The position numbers and the translations under genes are program-made. Below are positions 26,146 through 40,419 of a stretch of DNA of 64,000 nt, piece by piece (within the stretch, counting starts at the first letter, position 1; each line of letters begins with the position of its first letter). The notes beneath the pieces were generated by a model. It had not been told where the DNA came from. It saw only the letters and a program-made list of their open reading frames with translations, and did no database searches. The DNA comes from Octopus vulgaris (Eukaryota): positions 106,950,001-107,014,000 of the forward strand of contig OX597819.1 of the NCBI GenBank assembly GCA_951406725.2. Direction: 5' to 3'.

Positions 26146-28210
26146 GTTTATAGTATTGAAATGTCTGCAGCATGCTTCAAAGAAATATTTTGTGGAAAAT
26201 AACTATGGTTAATTTATGGTTGTAGTTAAAGAAATGTCTGGAATTCTTTGATCTCTAAGTGTTACAAGAACACGGCATAGATTTAGTAATCGTTTTAGAG
26301 TGTAAGCATATAACAAGGCAATAACTTTAAGAAGACTGACTATTCGATCTTATCGGTCAAAAAATTTGACTTACATTTTCTAATGTTTTAAAAAAAGAGA
26401 AAAACAGGCTAGGCTTTACTTAGCATGTTCGAAATTAGAACGTTATTAACTGTACCTACATCAAATCGAATGAAACTCGAGACAACATGCAAGCACCTAT
26501 GCAAATAAAATTCTCTAAAATCAAATTGAGGAATAAAATACTGCTCAACATAGTGGGTGATAAACATAAAATGCTATTGAGACGTGTGCAATACGTTAGT
26601 CTATGAGATTACGCTCTCAGGCATGAAGAAAGACTGTATAACAATTTCAATTTCGACAAACGCCAGTTTGAGTGACTTGCGTTTTACTCCTACCAATTCA
26701 CGGCTCTGTTAATATAAATACTGGGCAAGACAACTACCAACATCCGATGGTAAGGCTTCAGCTCGGAAGTTCTGGATTTTTGGAGAGTATAGAGTTAAAT
26801 CTCAGTCACCAGTAGTATGAGATCAACCTTCTCCCGGAGTGGGAGTAATTGTCAAAGACCCCCAGTTTTTGGCGAATAATGCGATATCGTCTTGTGGCTA
26901 AGACAGAGAACGAATAAAGAAGAGCCGGTGCCTATGTATGGTCCATACAGGCCCACCAGCGTGTGGACATGTCTTCATCAGACATGAACTAGCCATTTGT
27001 TAATGCATGAAACAGGCATTGTTCCCAAATGGTAAGCTCTGGAGAAGACGAGACAAGCAGAGTAAATAAACCGATAGAAGTCAACGGGTACCCACTGCTG
27101 TATGTTACTCACGAAAGGCCATGGGCATTCAGGTTCGGCATGCAAAACCAGGGCCTCTGAGATATGTAATCATGGCATATCGAGAGAGTACGAATACCAA
27201 ATCGGGAGAGAGGGGAGAGAGAGAGATAGACAAAGATAGAAAGAAAATAAGAAGGGAATTCTTATTTTCCGTATTATTAAACGTCTTTTTTTTTCCTTTC
27301 CTTCTTTTACTTCTGTACTACAATGCTTCAAGCGAACTACAACGTTCTTAATATTATAATATAATCACGCTCTTGACTGTCTTTAGGTGAATTATCTTTT
27401 ATACAATACAAAGTGAAGCAATATGTTTTCATCTCGAGCCAACATGGTAATATCAACCTTTTTCCTTCACCAGCTAAATCGTAGAGTAGAACTCCCGCTT
27501 AGAAATAGTCTGTATTTAATTGTACTATCCAAGCTACATAATGCCTGAAAACGTCCCATTGACCATGACTGAAATGCTGTTGTTCAGGTCTCTTCTCAAT
27601 CAGTATTGATTTGAGACTAAACTACAACGATACATGATTCCTTTTTATTGAAAATCATTTCTAATTCGCATAGAATAAAACGGAAATCGAATTCTTAGCC
27701 GGCTTTAACGCTCGATACTTCTAAAATATTTTCTGTTAGAGTATTCGTGAAATATTTTCTGTTAGAGTACATTTTAATATGTCATTTATCAATATTTTTA
27801 TAATTCTATATGTGATTGTATGTATTGTTCTATATTTTTATGTATTTTCTCTAAATAACTTTGTAATTCTATACATTTCTATGTATCCGTTATCTCTATT
27901 TCTGTATATATTTTTGTACAGTTTTAAAAAAAATCTATGGCCCTTTTTTAGGTAACCTTGTAAATTTTTTTGTACGCATGCAATTATGCATGCACACGTA
28001 CAAATACCACGCACACACCGATATTCGTTTATGTCTACATAATTCGAAATATGTTTAGAGACAGTGTTGATGATGACGATGGTCGAGATAAGTATGGGAG
28101 GAGGATAAAATAGTATCGGTGGTTATAATGACAACTGGAGCGGTGTGATGTGTAATGCTCAGTGATAGTGGTAATAGTAGTGTTGATGATAAAGTTAGTT
28201 GTGTGATGGT

Positions 28211-28352
28211 GGTCGACTTTGCCTTTCATCCTTTCGGGGTCGATAAATTAAGTACCAGTTACGCACTGGAGTCGATGTAATCGACTTAATACCTATGTCT
28301 GTCCTAGTTTGTCCGCTCTGTGTTTAGCCCCCTTGTGGGTAATAAAGAAATA
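28211..28352 (+). mobile_element. SINE family 2, 5'-truncated
   Basis: Near-identical to 51577-51716. Confidence 0.9.
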
Positions 28353-29334
28353 GATATTGTAGAGGTTTTACTGGTTGTGGTGGTGAAAGTGACTGTCAAA
28401 GTAACCGTCATGATAACGTTGATAGCGGTGTATGTGCTTGAAGTGGAAGCAATGACAATACTGCTCATGATGTTGGTGGTTGTGGTGGTGATTGTGATAT
28501 GGTGGTAGGGGTTGTGGTGCTGGTGGTGGTCGTCGTCGTAGCGCTGCTCCTGCTGGTCTGGCGGAGGTCTGCGCACTCCGAGTGCTTTTCTAGTTTCATA
28601 TCATGTGCCAATTTTTCCATGTTTCTCTTTCATTTGGCATAGATATTTTAAACTTTTGTTGAATTTTTGATCTTTGAGATGTCCAGCTGGTACAGTTTGT
28701 GTGAGTTAGTGAACATTTGTAATAAATATACTTTTCTTAAGCACCAAAATGTAAATATTACTCATTGTGCCCCGCAGAAAGCGGCTATTCCAGTAATGCG
28801 GAATAGCTGTCATATATAAGTTGGAATTTTCCCTTTATTTATATCATGCGTTGAAAAATAATGAAGGGAAGCCCTTTTAAAACAAGAACTATAAAAAGTT
28901 CATGTCTTTTAAACACACACACACACACACTTAACGTTATTTTGGAATAGCTACACACTAAATTTATATATTTTTCTTTCTCGTAATTTTCTACCATTTC
29001 ACTGTATTTCACATTATGAAGCATTTGCAACTCGCATTAAAAGAAATCTTACCCACCATTCTTCATTCATTGTATTTTCACAATGAAGTGAAAATCAAAC
29101 ACCGTTAGCGGTTGTAATATGGTGTTTAAATAAGTGGCCGCTACTTATACTGGTGAAAGCAGATTCAGTGTGGTCGATACATAATGGGAGAAAAAGACTA
29201 ATTCATAATCTTCAGAGAGAAAGAAGTGGGTAGCACGCTCACATACCTACATACGCACATAGAAACGCATGTAAGTATTGAAGCACATTATCAAATATGC
29301 AAACAAGGATAAAGACATCAGCACACATAGAAAG

Positions 29335-29485
29335 CAGGAAATACCTCAGCCCCTAACAGCTGATGGCTTTTCTCAAAGCGCGAGTGAGGTCCATAATGAA
29401 GTATTGCGCCCACGTGGACAGTGGATTTGTTATACAGTATGACACTCTCAATCGGATCCAGCAGAAAGCAATTCGACTCATTGTC
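29335..29485 (+). mobile_element. Decayed non-LTR RT thumb fragment
   Basis: RKYLSP*QLMAFLKARVRSIMKYCAHV...LNRIQQKAIRLI resembles the LINE pattern LYKAQVRP.MEYCSHVW...LDRIQ..A.RLI. Confidence 0.65.
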
Positions 29486-31355
29486 AGAAAATTCACAGGC
29501 TCGCTCCAGACGGATCCATAACACTGCTGTCACGTCTGTGAGTTTCTTATCATTGTCCTTGATGAATCTTCTCCCTCCCGTTATCCTCCTATCAAGTGAT
29601 GACTTGCAAGAGTTAAAATGGAAAATTAAAGATCTCGATTTCACAGATATCAGATGGACTGAAAGGGTCATGGGCATATTCTCACTTCTAGTTGTGGAAA
29701 GTAAACCAAAATCGATATAGATGCCGAACAGGCACACACATATGCACACAAGCATATATACATGCACGATAGAGTTGTATATATCAAAAATATATTTTCA
29801 GAAAACAGCTATTGAATTTTACTGCAATGCCGTCTATTTGGCAGCCTCGCCTTGAAAACAATGAAATAAAGTAAAAAGGAAAAAAATATATGATGCATCA
29901 ATATACAGATGTGTCGATGTAGGACTGTGTTTACTGGATGAAAAATATCTAAAGCAATTTATCAGATGGAGAGACACATGGTTGGTTATGGAGGAAAGCA
30001 TGGTAGGTTATGGAGGAAAGCATATGGAGGAAAGCATACGGATCCAATCAAACCCCGGTTTGACAATTCAACTTACCATGAATTCCACATTCGGCACTCT
30101 CATAGTGGTACAATTATTTATTAAAGTGTTTTAGAAATGGCAACACACTGGAAAATTGTCATATCACGTAAATTGTCATATCACGTAAATTGTCATATCG
30201 CGTAAATGAGCTATTATACTAAGTATTGAGTACTTTAGTCCTTTACAAGTAATATCCGTTTATTGCATAATTGAAACAAATTAGAGGCTTTGACCTAAAA
30301 TGTTTCAGCAAGACAAAGTATGTTTTAAAAATAGCCATTACCAAGTTTTAAAGAAAAGTCTATCAAAAGTAAACTGCTAGCACAAAATATGAAATATTCG
30401 AAACACGTAATGATCAAGGAGATTACTCAGTGTTCAGGTGTACAAGTAAAACTGACACGTAAAGGAGATAAGGCATTTTCCGCTTCTAATAACAAATCAA
30501 ATAGTGTCAGCATGAGTCTAATCGATCAATTTTAAGTTGATCTTCACATCGCACTAACTGAATAATAAACGTATAATGATGTTACTGAAACATTACGTAT
30601 CAGCCTATCACAAGAATTCGTCGAAACACCTGGAGTTTATGAGGAAATAAGAGACAGAAATGATGGCAACTAGATGAAACAAAATAAAGCACATGATCAG
30701 TATAGAAACTACGGTGTAACAATTTCAACAATAGAAATACATTCAATTTGTTTAAAGAAAATAAATAAAGTGGGACACGAAATCAAAGGTAAATAAGTTG
30801 AAAGCACAGATATTCTATATAATGCAAAGTCTTCCAATCCATGCAGTATGAAGAATGTGTTTGTATACTGGTGATCAGCCACACCAAAAAGATATGATCA
30901 ATAATAGAAAGACTCTTCAGAGTAGCGACTACCATGTTAGTATACTATCACCCTTCCTGAGAATGTAAGTAGAAAATACTATGACAATCTGCCTTCCTAA
31001 TATCATAAGGATTTTAGAACACAGTAACAGTAATTGTATAAGAGATCACGACCGAGAACTGCACGTATCTCACCGTATGTTTGTATCAATAAATATAAAG
31101 GTGAATAAAAAAGTAAAATTATAAAGGAAGATCATAAAGCCGTGATCCAAGAGATGACAGAAGAAAAATAACAAATTTGGGTTAGCTTTTATGGAAGGGA
31201 AAAAGAAAATCACCAGCCTGTATGGTAAAAAGTCAAGATAGAGATAAGGGAAAACATGAGAAGAAATCTGAAAGTAGCAGCGAGTGTGGTGGGATTTGAT
31301 AACCGCCATTCTAGGTTCATGACAGCGATGGAGTCCATATACGCCTTAAATTAAG

Positions 31356-31409
31356 AAAGAACATTAAACTTTCATTGACCTTAAGGTCAATGAAAGTTTA
31401 ATGTTCTTT
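31356..31409. repeat. Perfect 54-bp palindrome without spacer
   Basis: AAAGAACATTAAACTTTCATTGACCTT|AAGGTCAATGAAAGTTTAATGTTCTTT; arms are exact reverse complements. Confidence 0.97.
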
Positions 31410-32904
31410 ATTACATTAGTTTTAATGCCCTCCCTAAATTCTACTGTTGAACTGTCTTACGGAGCAATATTATGCAGAGTATGATTGATGATTAAATATT
31501 GACTGCAATATTTAAGTACGGGGAGTGTGAACATTTACAAGCCCAGCCGAACAAAAGATATTCTGGTTCAAGGTGAGCAAATATGAAATACCACATGTAA
31601 GACAAAACTAAGAAGCGAATATCGTTGACATGGACAATGAATGAGAACAGTGAGAATTTTAAAATAGGGCTAAATTCAACATTCCCATGACGTTACCAAT
31701 TTCACCAAATGTCGGGAGAGCGCAACGGCCGAAAGGTTATTACAATAACAGAACATAAAACTGACGCTACATCACCTGTTCATCATGAGGAGGGAATTTA
31801 ATACTCATAACCCATTTACTGGGTCTTCACAAGTAGTGGGGGTGGAGGAAGGAGGGTATCATGAGACAGTAAATTTGGATCGAATGATTTCAAAAGAGAG
31901 GACTCCGAAAAAGGTAAACAAGTACCTTGTGGATGTGTTAAATAGAGCTACGAATTAAGTCTGTCTCTCGTTTAGCTATGGTATATTTTAAATTAAGAAC
32001 GCGGAAGATGGCAAATTGCTTGATCCGATGATTTTACAGTTATATCAATCTACCTTACTAGATTGGCACTCTCTTATCAAATCCAGAAGGCCTAAGGACA
32101 AAATGTAAAATTGATATCTGCGGATGAATTTGGACTTGAAGCGCTAATAGAGGAAACAAACACTGCAACGAATTACATTGTAACCAAACGGCCAAGCTGA
32201 CTTCAAATAAATATTTCCATTATAATTTATTGAAAATTCCGATTCTGTAGAAGTAACAGTGATGACAGCAATAAAAAAAATAAGAACAAAACGCCCTTCT
32301 CTTGCTCTGTCTCTGCCTGTCTGTCTGACTCTCGCTCTCTTTCTGTCTCTCTCCCTCACAAACACACACAAGCACACACACGCATGTCCACACACGTATT
32401 CACACATACGCACACATACAGATAAAACAAGCATACATACACACATACAAACACACATACATATATACATACATACACACATACATACATATACATGTAG
32501 GTATCCACATTACATCTTTCATCTGACTACAAAAAAAATTCGAACCAATTTATACCCTCAAAGCATGTAAGACAGAGATTCTGTTTCTTATCCATTGCAT
32601 CGTACACCACTTTATTTTCACTTGACAGAATCAATGCAACTTCAAACCATGTTAGAACAAAAGAGAAACCAAGACAAGTCAGTTTAACTGAAAAATAAAT
32701 ATGAAATAGGACATTATTCAACAAACTGATAGATAGTTTATACAACTGAAGGACCTCTTGTTCAAATAATATCGTTACACCTGCCAACTGTGACCAACTT
32801 CTGATAAGACACAAACAAAGAAAAGGAAATAAAAAATTAAATTAGCTGGGATGGAAATGTTTCGATAGGACAGGTTCTATTAGAATAGGGTAAAGATCCT
32901 TCCC

Positions 32905-33139
32905 GAATGATATGGACTCATACGACAGGTTTTCCAGTTTCCGTGGCGTAAATATCCCTCACGTGGACAGGACGCCGGTCCGTTATATTATAACTCCCTT
33001 TTGCTAGATGAATGGACTGGCGTAACGTGAAATGAAGTGTTTTGCTCAAAAACACAATACGTCGCCCCATCTAGGAATGGAAAGCACAATCTTACGATCA
33101 AGAGTCCAACAACCTAAATCTAGACGACACGCCTCCACA
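32905..33139 (-). mobile_element. tRNA-derived SINE (head like 10345-10610, tail like 11185-11290)
   Basis: Plus-strand GTGAAATGAAGTGTTTTGCTCAA and TTTTCCAGTTTCCGTGGCGTA...TGGACAGGACGCCGGTCCGT match those copies. Confidence 0.7.
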
Positions 33140-33974
33140 CAGATTCCATTATGTAAGGTAAAATGACTTTAAGCAAGCTTTATAAGACGAATTCGCACTC
33201 GAAACACTATCTCCAAAATGTTTTAAATATAGAAACCTAAAACCCGAAGAAAGAACAAACAAGGTTACGTAGAAACAACTACACGTATTCGCAAACAGGT
33301 TTTGTATAATATTAAAGGAATATAAAATAATACTAAACACTATTATGAGATTTATAAAAGTTTTTCGAATGGAATTCGGTTCCACAAAGAGCAGAAGAAA
33401 TCAACTTCGCGTATAAGGAAAAGAAACAAAAAAGAAGAAAGAACACGGTAATGGGGTGGAGTGAATTGGGTAGATTTCAAAAACATAGGAGATCGGAAAT
33501 CCCAAACTGAAAGCATGGAAAAAAATTCAATGTGTGATTTCATTTTACAGAGAGAAGATAATAAGTGTTTTCATTGGATTTGAAGGTATCCATTAGTAAA
33601 AGGCAATGGAATAATTTTTCAAAATTTTACAAAAATGTATTACATAGTTTGGTATTCTAGGAGCCGATGTGAGGCTAAAATTCACAAGAAGAACAATATA
33701 CTTTGATCTGGAATATCGATGTCAATAAAAATAGTGTTAAATTGCAATAAAACTCCAACCCTTTACTTTCCTGAATACCTTTAAACATGGCGGCTATAGA
33801 AAATGTCAAAACATATACTTCTATATCTTTATGTACCTTTTCATTTAGCTGTTACATTTCTATATATATTTTCTATCTCAGTATAGCTTTCTATTTTCCT
33901 ATAAACTACTGTATATATACACGTACGTACAAACATACATACATACATACGTACATATATACATACGTACATAT

Positions 33975-34044
<70 letters not shown>

Positions 34045-34233
34045 CTATATGTACATCTGATCGACAAGTGTCAACAAAAGCGAAACAAAGATGTCTCATA
34101 CCCGAAGAGAGGGCGACACTGAACGTACGGATTGTTTTCACACCTTTTTACCATAAGAGAGGATTTTTTCTGCACGGTAACTGCAGTGTATTTGCCTTTA
34201 GCAGTTGAACTATGTGACAACTAACCTAAATTG

Positions 34234-34274
<41 letters not shown>

Positions 34275-34578
34275 CGGTCTCTGCTACTACTGCTATTACG
34301 GCCAACGGTCATTTTCACGCACAAGACAGCCATTGTGCTCCCCCAAACAAAACACCACCAGGTGGACTCTGTTGAGACTAGTAAGAAACAATTATGAACT
34401 TTTTTATTACATTTAACATTTTTCAAGAACCGAAACATGTAAAATCTCAAAGAAAATAAAAATTTATCTTATATAGTGGCGTTTTCAAACTTCTTAATAC
34501 CATACAAAATTCTGGTGTCTTTAACTTAAGTACCATATTCACCTGAATCTAAAATTTGCTGAACTATGTGTGTGTATT

Positions 34579-34664
<86 letters not shown>

Positions 34665-35699
34665 TGTGTCTGTGTCTGTGTCTGTGTATGTGTCTGTGTG
34701 TATAAATTTCTCTATATTTTAGTATATTCACTCTATATATACATTTTATATTTTTTTATATTTCGATATATCAATAAATTGTCCTATATTTTATTTCCTT
34801 TATTCCCTATATTTATAAATTCTTTATTTCAAAATATATTCTATACGGTGTTCTACATCTTTTCTATGACTCTTTATACAAATAACTTGTGTAGAGCGCC
34901 TGTAAATTATATAAAAAGAGAATCGCTTTCGCAAAATGACTATTGGTTAGATGGCTGTTCCCAATAAAGAAATATCACGACGTGTTTGATCTTTAGTGTC
35001 CCAAAGCGTTTCCTACTTTTGTTTTGTTTTAGTAATCGATTTACGTTATTGCAATCGATTATCAATAACAAATTAAATAACTAATATTATGGACAATTTA
35101 GATATATTGATTCTACATTCCTTGAAATTGCAGCAAAAAAAAATGAGGATACAACCAATCTTCTGTTTCAACCGTTAAAATCCGGAATAGGAGGAAGGCA
35201 TTGAGGTCTGATGTACCAAGAAAGAATGCATGTAGAATGCGGAGTGGTTGAAATAAATGCAGTTCCCACGGCATAAATGTACCTCTTTCTACTGAAGGCA
35301 CGAAGCCTGAATGTTTGAAAGATGATACTAATATTCTAGATCCCCTAGTGTTAAAAGGAAAAGTTTATTTCGGCAATGTTTGAACGCAGAACATAAGCCA
35401 GAAGAAATCCCGCTACATATTTCATTCGTCGCGCTAATGATTTTACAAGCCAACTGTCCTTACGAGAAATTTAAGCTATCTCATATTTCATTAATCTGCT
35501 CTTTACAGAAAAAGAGGATGAAAAAACGCCGTATGGTTGAGATTTAACCGGCAGTACAGAATATATTATAACAACAAAACATGGATCCTTGAATGGGTAT
35601 AATCCCAAAATATCTGAATGGGCATAATCCCAACATATCGGTACTCATCAGTTCATCATGTTAACTAAATTTTTAAACCAGTAAAAGTCGTTCTGTGTT

Positions 35700-36086
35700 A
35701 ATCCAAGCTACCGGATTTTTGTTATATGGTTATACCACAACAGCTTTTATGGCTTCACCGAACATATCTTCAAAAGGACTAATGTGATTCTGTTTTGTTT
35801 TGAAAATCTGCGCGTTTCTGATTTAGTATGAGAATAATATGCCTAATGTGGTGGGGTAGCATCTAGTTTCAATGTCTATAATTTCTCCGAAGTTCTGCCG
35901 TAACTATCTTATTAGCGTACATGAAGACAGAAAGCTGTAATGAGCACAGTAGATTTTGCTGACCATAGCCCTCTATATGAGCTTGTGTTTGAAGAGGGGA
36001 ATCATCTTCTGTGCGGTTCTGGTAAAAAAATTCAGATGTTAATCCTTTATTGCTAACAATTGTCTCATGTTATTTAAACAGCTGTA

Positions 36087-36120
<34 letters not shown>

Positions 36121-36139
36121 CTATCTTTCTCTCTCTCTG

Positions 36140-36188
<49 letters not shown>

Positions 36189-37120
36189 TCGTTTATTTTA
36201 CAGAGATATCTATTGAGATGGCATTGTTGCCGCTTGTCATGGATCCCGATTTTTCAACATTGAATTGCATCTCAAACTTGGTGGAAGCTCTATCGGGATG
36301 GGTATCAAATTTCAATAATCTAATGTTTTGTAGTACATCATTACCATCAGCAAATCTTTAATGTTTGTGATGTTTTTCCTTTGGAGTTGACTCTGCCCGG
36401 ATTTTCTTCAAGAACATCACTAATAAGTCTCAGGCAGGTGTTGAAGAGTGTTGGGTGTGATGGAAGTCACAACGGAATCCTGCAGCGATGTGGACCCATT
36501 CTTTGATGGTTCCCTCTGTGTGTGGGGGGGGGGCGCACGTGGTGTGTGTGCTCTATGTTAATTCTTTTCAAGGCGGCCCATTGGCCAGAGTCTGTCGCTC
36601 TTTAGAGTCCTTGAAAACATGGTAGAAATCTTTTTGGTGGTAAAATTATTTCTCAAAGCTGGGGCTGAGGTTGAAGTTCTACCCAATCCTCCTACTATTA
36701 ACGGAAACCGGCTTGTTCCTTGATTAAGATATTCCTTGATTAAGTCTGTCCATGAGGACTGATTATTGCTTTGCCTGCGCGACCGATGGTTATGATGATA
36801 TAATAATTCTGGCAGATGCATTGAGGAGTCACTATAATGAACGAACTAATTCAAGGAGTTTGCTATTCACCAATTTATTTGATTTTAATGCAGATGCGAT
36901 TAAATGTCTACTTTGGCACCGCCTAATTGTTTTACAAGGTTAACAGGGATGTTGCCAACTCTTACAGATTCTTCATCATTCAGAGACCTCACTTCAATTA
37001 TAATTTCCTCTCATGAGATTGGATTGTTATCATCATTGAAAGAGTCCTGTGCGTTCAGCGATTCTACACCTCCGCTACTCTGGTAGTTGTGTATTTCTGA
37101 ATAGTACATTTCCAATCTTT
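35700..37120 (-). mobile_element. Heavily decayed RTE-clade LINE ORF, interrupted by (CT)n at 36087-36184
   Basis: Ordered minus-strand motifs: PIS.EEIIIEVRSL...VGNIPV (~PILREEV...GVDNIP), WTDLI, FYHVFKD (~LYHVFIDF), PTLFNTCL, RFADG (~RFADD). Confidence 0.7.
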
Positions 37121-37539
37121 CTATTACTTCTTTTCTTCTATAACCATTTTTCCTTATTTTAAATGATGGTTCTTAACCTTTTAATTTTTTTCATAGATCA
37201 AAATCTTTACCAGTTTGAATGCCTTTATTTTATGTTATTGCTAGAAAAGCTGTCTCCAATATCAATACAATATTCAGTTAACCATGTTGCTTTGATTAAC
37301 TTATTTGCTTCTTAATTTCCTACTTCCCTTATATTCAGGTATGACTTCTGTTATGCTTATATTTTGTATTAATTTCCTTCTTTTGTTAAATATTTCCAAT
37401 ATTTTATTTCTTTTCAAGATAGGTCAAATATTGTTCTTGTGTCAAAAACTATATTCAGCTCTCCAAAACGTCTGTTAGGTGTTTTTAAGTTAAAAGAGAG
37501 ACACAAATCTTAAACACAACGGGATTCGCTCAGTTAATG

Positions 37540-38645
37540 ATAGACTTAACATTTTGCTCTAGCATCATATGCCATTTTCTAGGTAAATCCATTATTCCCT
37601 CTTCAAAGGATTTCCTGTCTTTCCAGGCGGAAAACGTACCCTGGTGAAGATTTACATCGTCTCCAGAGGTGAAGGTCTGTTCATTCTATGAATATTAAAG
37701 AGATCGATACAAGTAAAAATCTGAAGTCACAAGTTTGGAAGAATAACGAGGGTGCGGCAAAACTTGCATTCTAAGACCTAGTAACTTCTCCCGTGTCTGA
37801 AAAGAAATGTGCGGTCTAGCATTGCAGTGATGAAAGACAAATACCTTTACAATTAGCAAGTGCTGGCTCCTTCTGGAAGTTCGCTGCGTTTTGCTTGTCC
37901 AGTCGGTCATAGCGCACATTACAATGGATGGTTCTACGTAGGAAGAAGCTCGTAAAAGACAACACCCTTGCAATCCCATCACATTAAAACAGAGCCTTCT
38001 TCAAGTGAAGTTCTGATTTGAAGGTTATTTGGGGTGGTTCACCGCAGTACCCCTACAGTTGCTTGCTCTTCATTTTGTTATACATGAATCAATTCTATTC
38101 AAAACCTGATTTTTTTCACGTGTCTGCAATGACTAGCAGATGCAAATCCATGATGCGATTTGAGCCTCATTCAATTGATGTGGTACGCAAATATCGAACT
38201 GCCTGGCATAATCAAGTTGGTGCGATGGTTTACAACCGATATCGATATTTAGGGTTCATTTGCAATCATCCTGGTCGTATAACATGGATTACTTCGTTGT
38301 TAACTTCATTTGGCTGGCCTGAGCTAGATGCATCTTGAACTGAAAATTTCTTCGATCGTAATACTGAAATCCACTGGCATACAGGTTCCGTAAAAGCATC
38401 ATCTATATACACAGCAAATATTGCCTTGCCTTTTTAAAGATAAAAGAGCATAAAAATAAAAGAGCATAAGGTGTCTATAATGCACGTTTTGGCTCTCTCT
38501 TTTTCTGAGTAATACGAAGCACACAAAGTACAATCTGTCTTGTCGCAAATGCGTTGAAATGTCATAATGAAAAATATCTACCAAGGGATATACTTAAAGT
38601 TTTGTGTAGAAAACCACCGAACATACTTTTAGGCTAATTCAGTAT
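37540..38645 (-). mobile_element. Decayed mariner (DD34D-type) DNA transposon
   Basis: Minus strand HYRHLMLFYF...NICCVY (N-terminus), FHHCNARPH, VLPHPRYSSKLVTSDFYLYRSL (~HPPYSPDLAPSDY.LF), RKW near the C-terminus; TIR-like TACTGAATTAGCCTAAAAGT at ~38625-38644. Confidence 0.88.
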
Positions 38646-38658
38646 ATACCTATTTGTG

Positions 38659-38710
<52 letters not shown>

Positions 38711-39300
38711 CACTGCAGAGTTCATAAGTCAAGCTGAGATTATAATAACTAGTCTTGCGGAATATGTTGTGCAATGCGGTGCGAACGAACATGGAGCTAT
38801 GGAATTGCGAATGAAACTACTTTACTGCATAGCAATCCGGTTCTCTTCTATGCATAACAATATCTCTTCTTTACATTATGCTACAGCATTGAACATATTG
38901 CTGTTGCTGATACACTTTACAAAACAGAGTTTATATTTCTTTTATTCCTGTTATTATTTACAACATAAAACGGAAGAATTTTTTTTTTAAATAAGCAAGT
39001 AAGAAAAGAAAAATTCGTATGAAATTCTAGAATCACGACTGATTTCTTCCTTCTGAAAACATACAGATTACGTTTATAGTTGCCAGCAGTGAAATTATCT
39101 GTCACATGCATAACATGTTTTATATCGTAATCGGGAATGCCAAAGACTTTGCATGAACAACTACGAATGACATACACGCAGATATATTCATACGCAGACA
39201 CCCACATATGCGTGCTAGCATACACATATGCAAGCAAAAAAACACATGCACTCACATATATGGATGCATATACCTATGTATATACACAAATATATATATA

Positions 39301-39466
39301 GGCGCAGGAGTGGCTGTGTGGTAAGTAGCTTGCTAACCAACCACATGGTTCTGGGTTCAGTCCCACTGCGTGGCATCTTGGGCAAGTGCCTTCTGCTATA
39401 GCCCCGGGCCGACCAAATGCCTTGTGAGTGGATTTGGTAGACGGAAACTGAAAGAAGCCCGTCGTA

Positions 39467-39519
<53 letters not shown>

Positions 39520-39753
39520 ATGTGTGTGTGTATATGTTTGTGTGTCTGTGTTTGTCTTCCCAACATCACTTTACAACCGATGCTGGTGTGTTTACGTCCC
39601 CGTAACTTAGCGGTTCAGCAAAACACACCTATAGGATACGTACTAGGCTTACAAAGAATAAGTCATGGGGTCGATTTGCTCGACTAAAGGCGGTGCTCCA
39701 GCATGGCCGCAGTCAAATGACTGAAACAAGTAAAAGAGTAAAAGAGTAGAGAG

Positions 39754-39754
<1 letters not shown>
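39301..39754 (+). mobile_element. SINE family 1, full length, within (TA)n
   Basis: Aligns end to end with 13564-13957; longer internal (TA)n(TG)n. Confidence 0.93.
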
Positions 39755-39789
<35 letters not shown>

Positions 39790-40205
39790 GATGGATGGAT
39801 GGATGGATGCATCTATGTATGCATATATGTATTTGTTTAGGTACTTGTGTTAATAAGTATATGTGAGTTAGGGCATATGTGCATTAGGGGATATGGCAAA
39901 TTCATTAGGGCATTGAATTGAATGAGTTGCAGTAGTCATTCCGAGTCTCTTCGTTCAGGTTTCGAATATCAATTTTGACGTTCAATAAAACTACTTTGTT
40001 GGGTATACTAACAATCTGTAACTTGATTTTTAAAAATAACACTAATACACATACACACACATATGTATGTGTGTGTACATGTGTGTGAATGTACATGCGT
40101 ATATGTATATGCATATTTGTCTAAATACATACATACATATATATATATATGAGCTCACATATATATTAAACACATGCACATACACTCACGAAAACACACG
40201 CGCGT

Positions 40206-40272
<67 letters not shown>

Positions 40273-40279
40273 ATATATG

Positions 40280-40419
<140 letters not shown>

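Noticed and set aside
26700-27200. GC-richer stretch resembling old repeat or LINE 5' UTR sequence
   Set aside because: No second copy in the window and no diagnostic motif.
28771-28810. Small GC hairpins resembling a terminator
   Set aside because: Eukaryotic context, no U-tract, and short enough to be chance.
29975-30207. Short tandem repeats (ATGGAGGAAAGCA x3; 17-bp AAATTGTCATATCACGT x3), also duplications at ~27724-27770 and ~35590-35640
   Set aside because: Head-to-tail slippage duplications without unique spacers; not CRISPR-like.
30200-31830. Possible decayed gag/protease sequence (Cys/His pattern near 30850-30900)
   Set aside because: No ordered set of motifs could be reconstructed by eye; needs a translated profile search.
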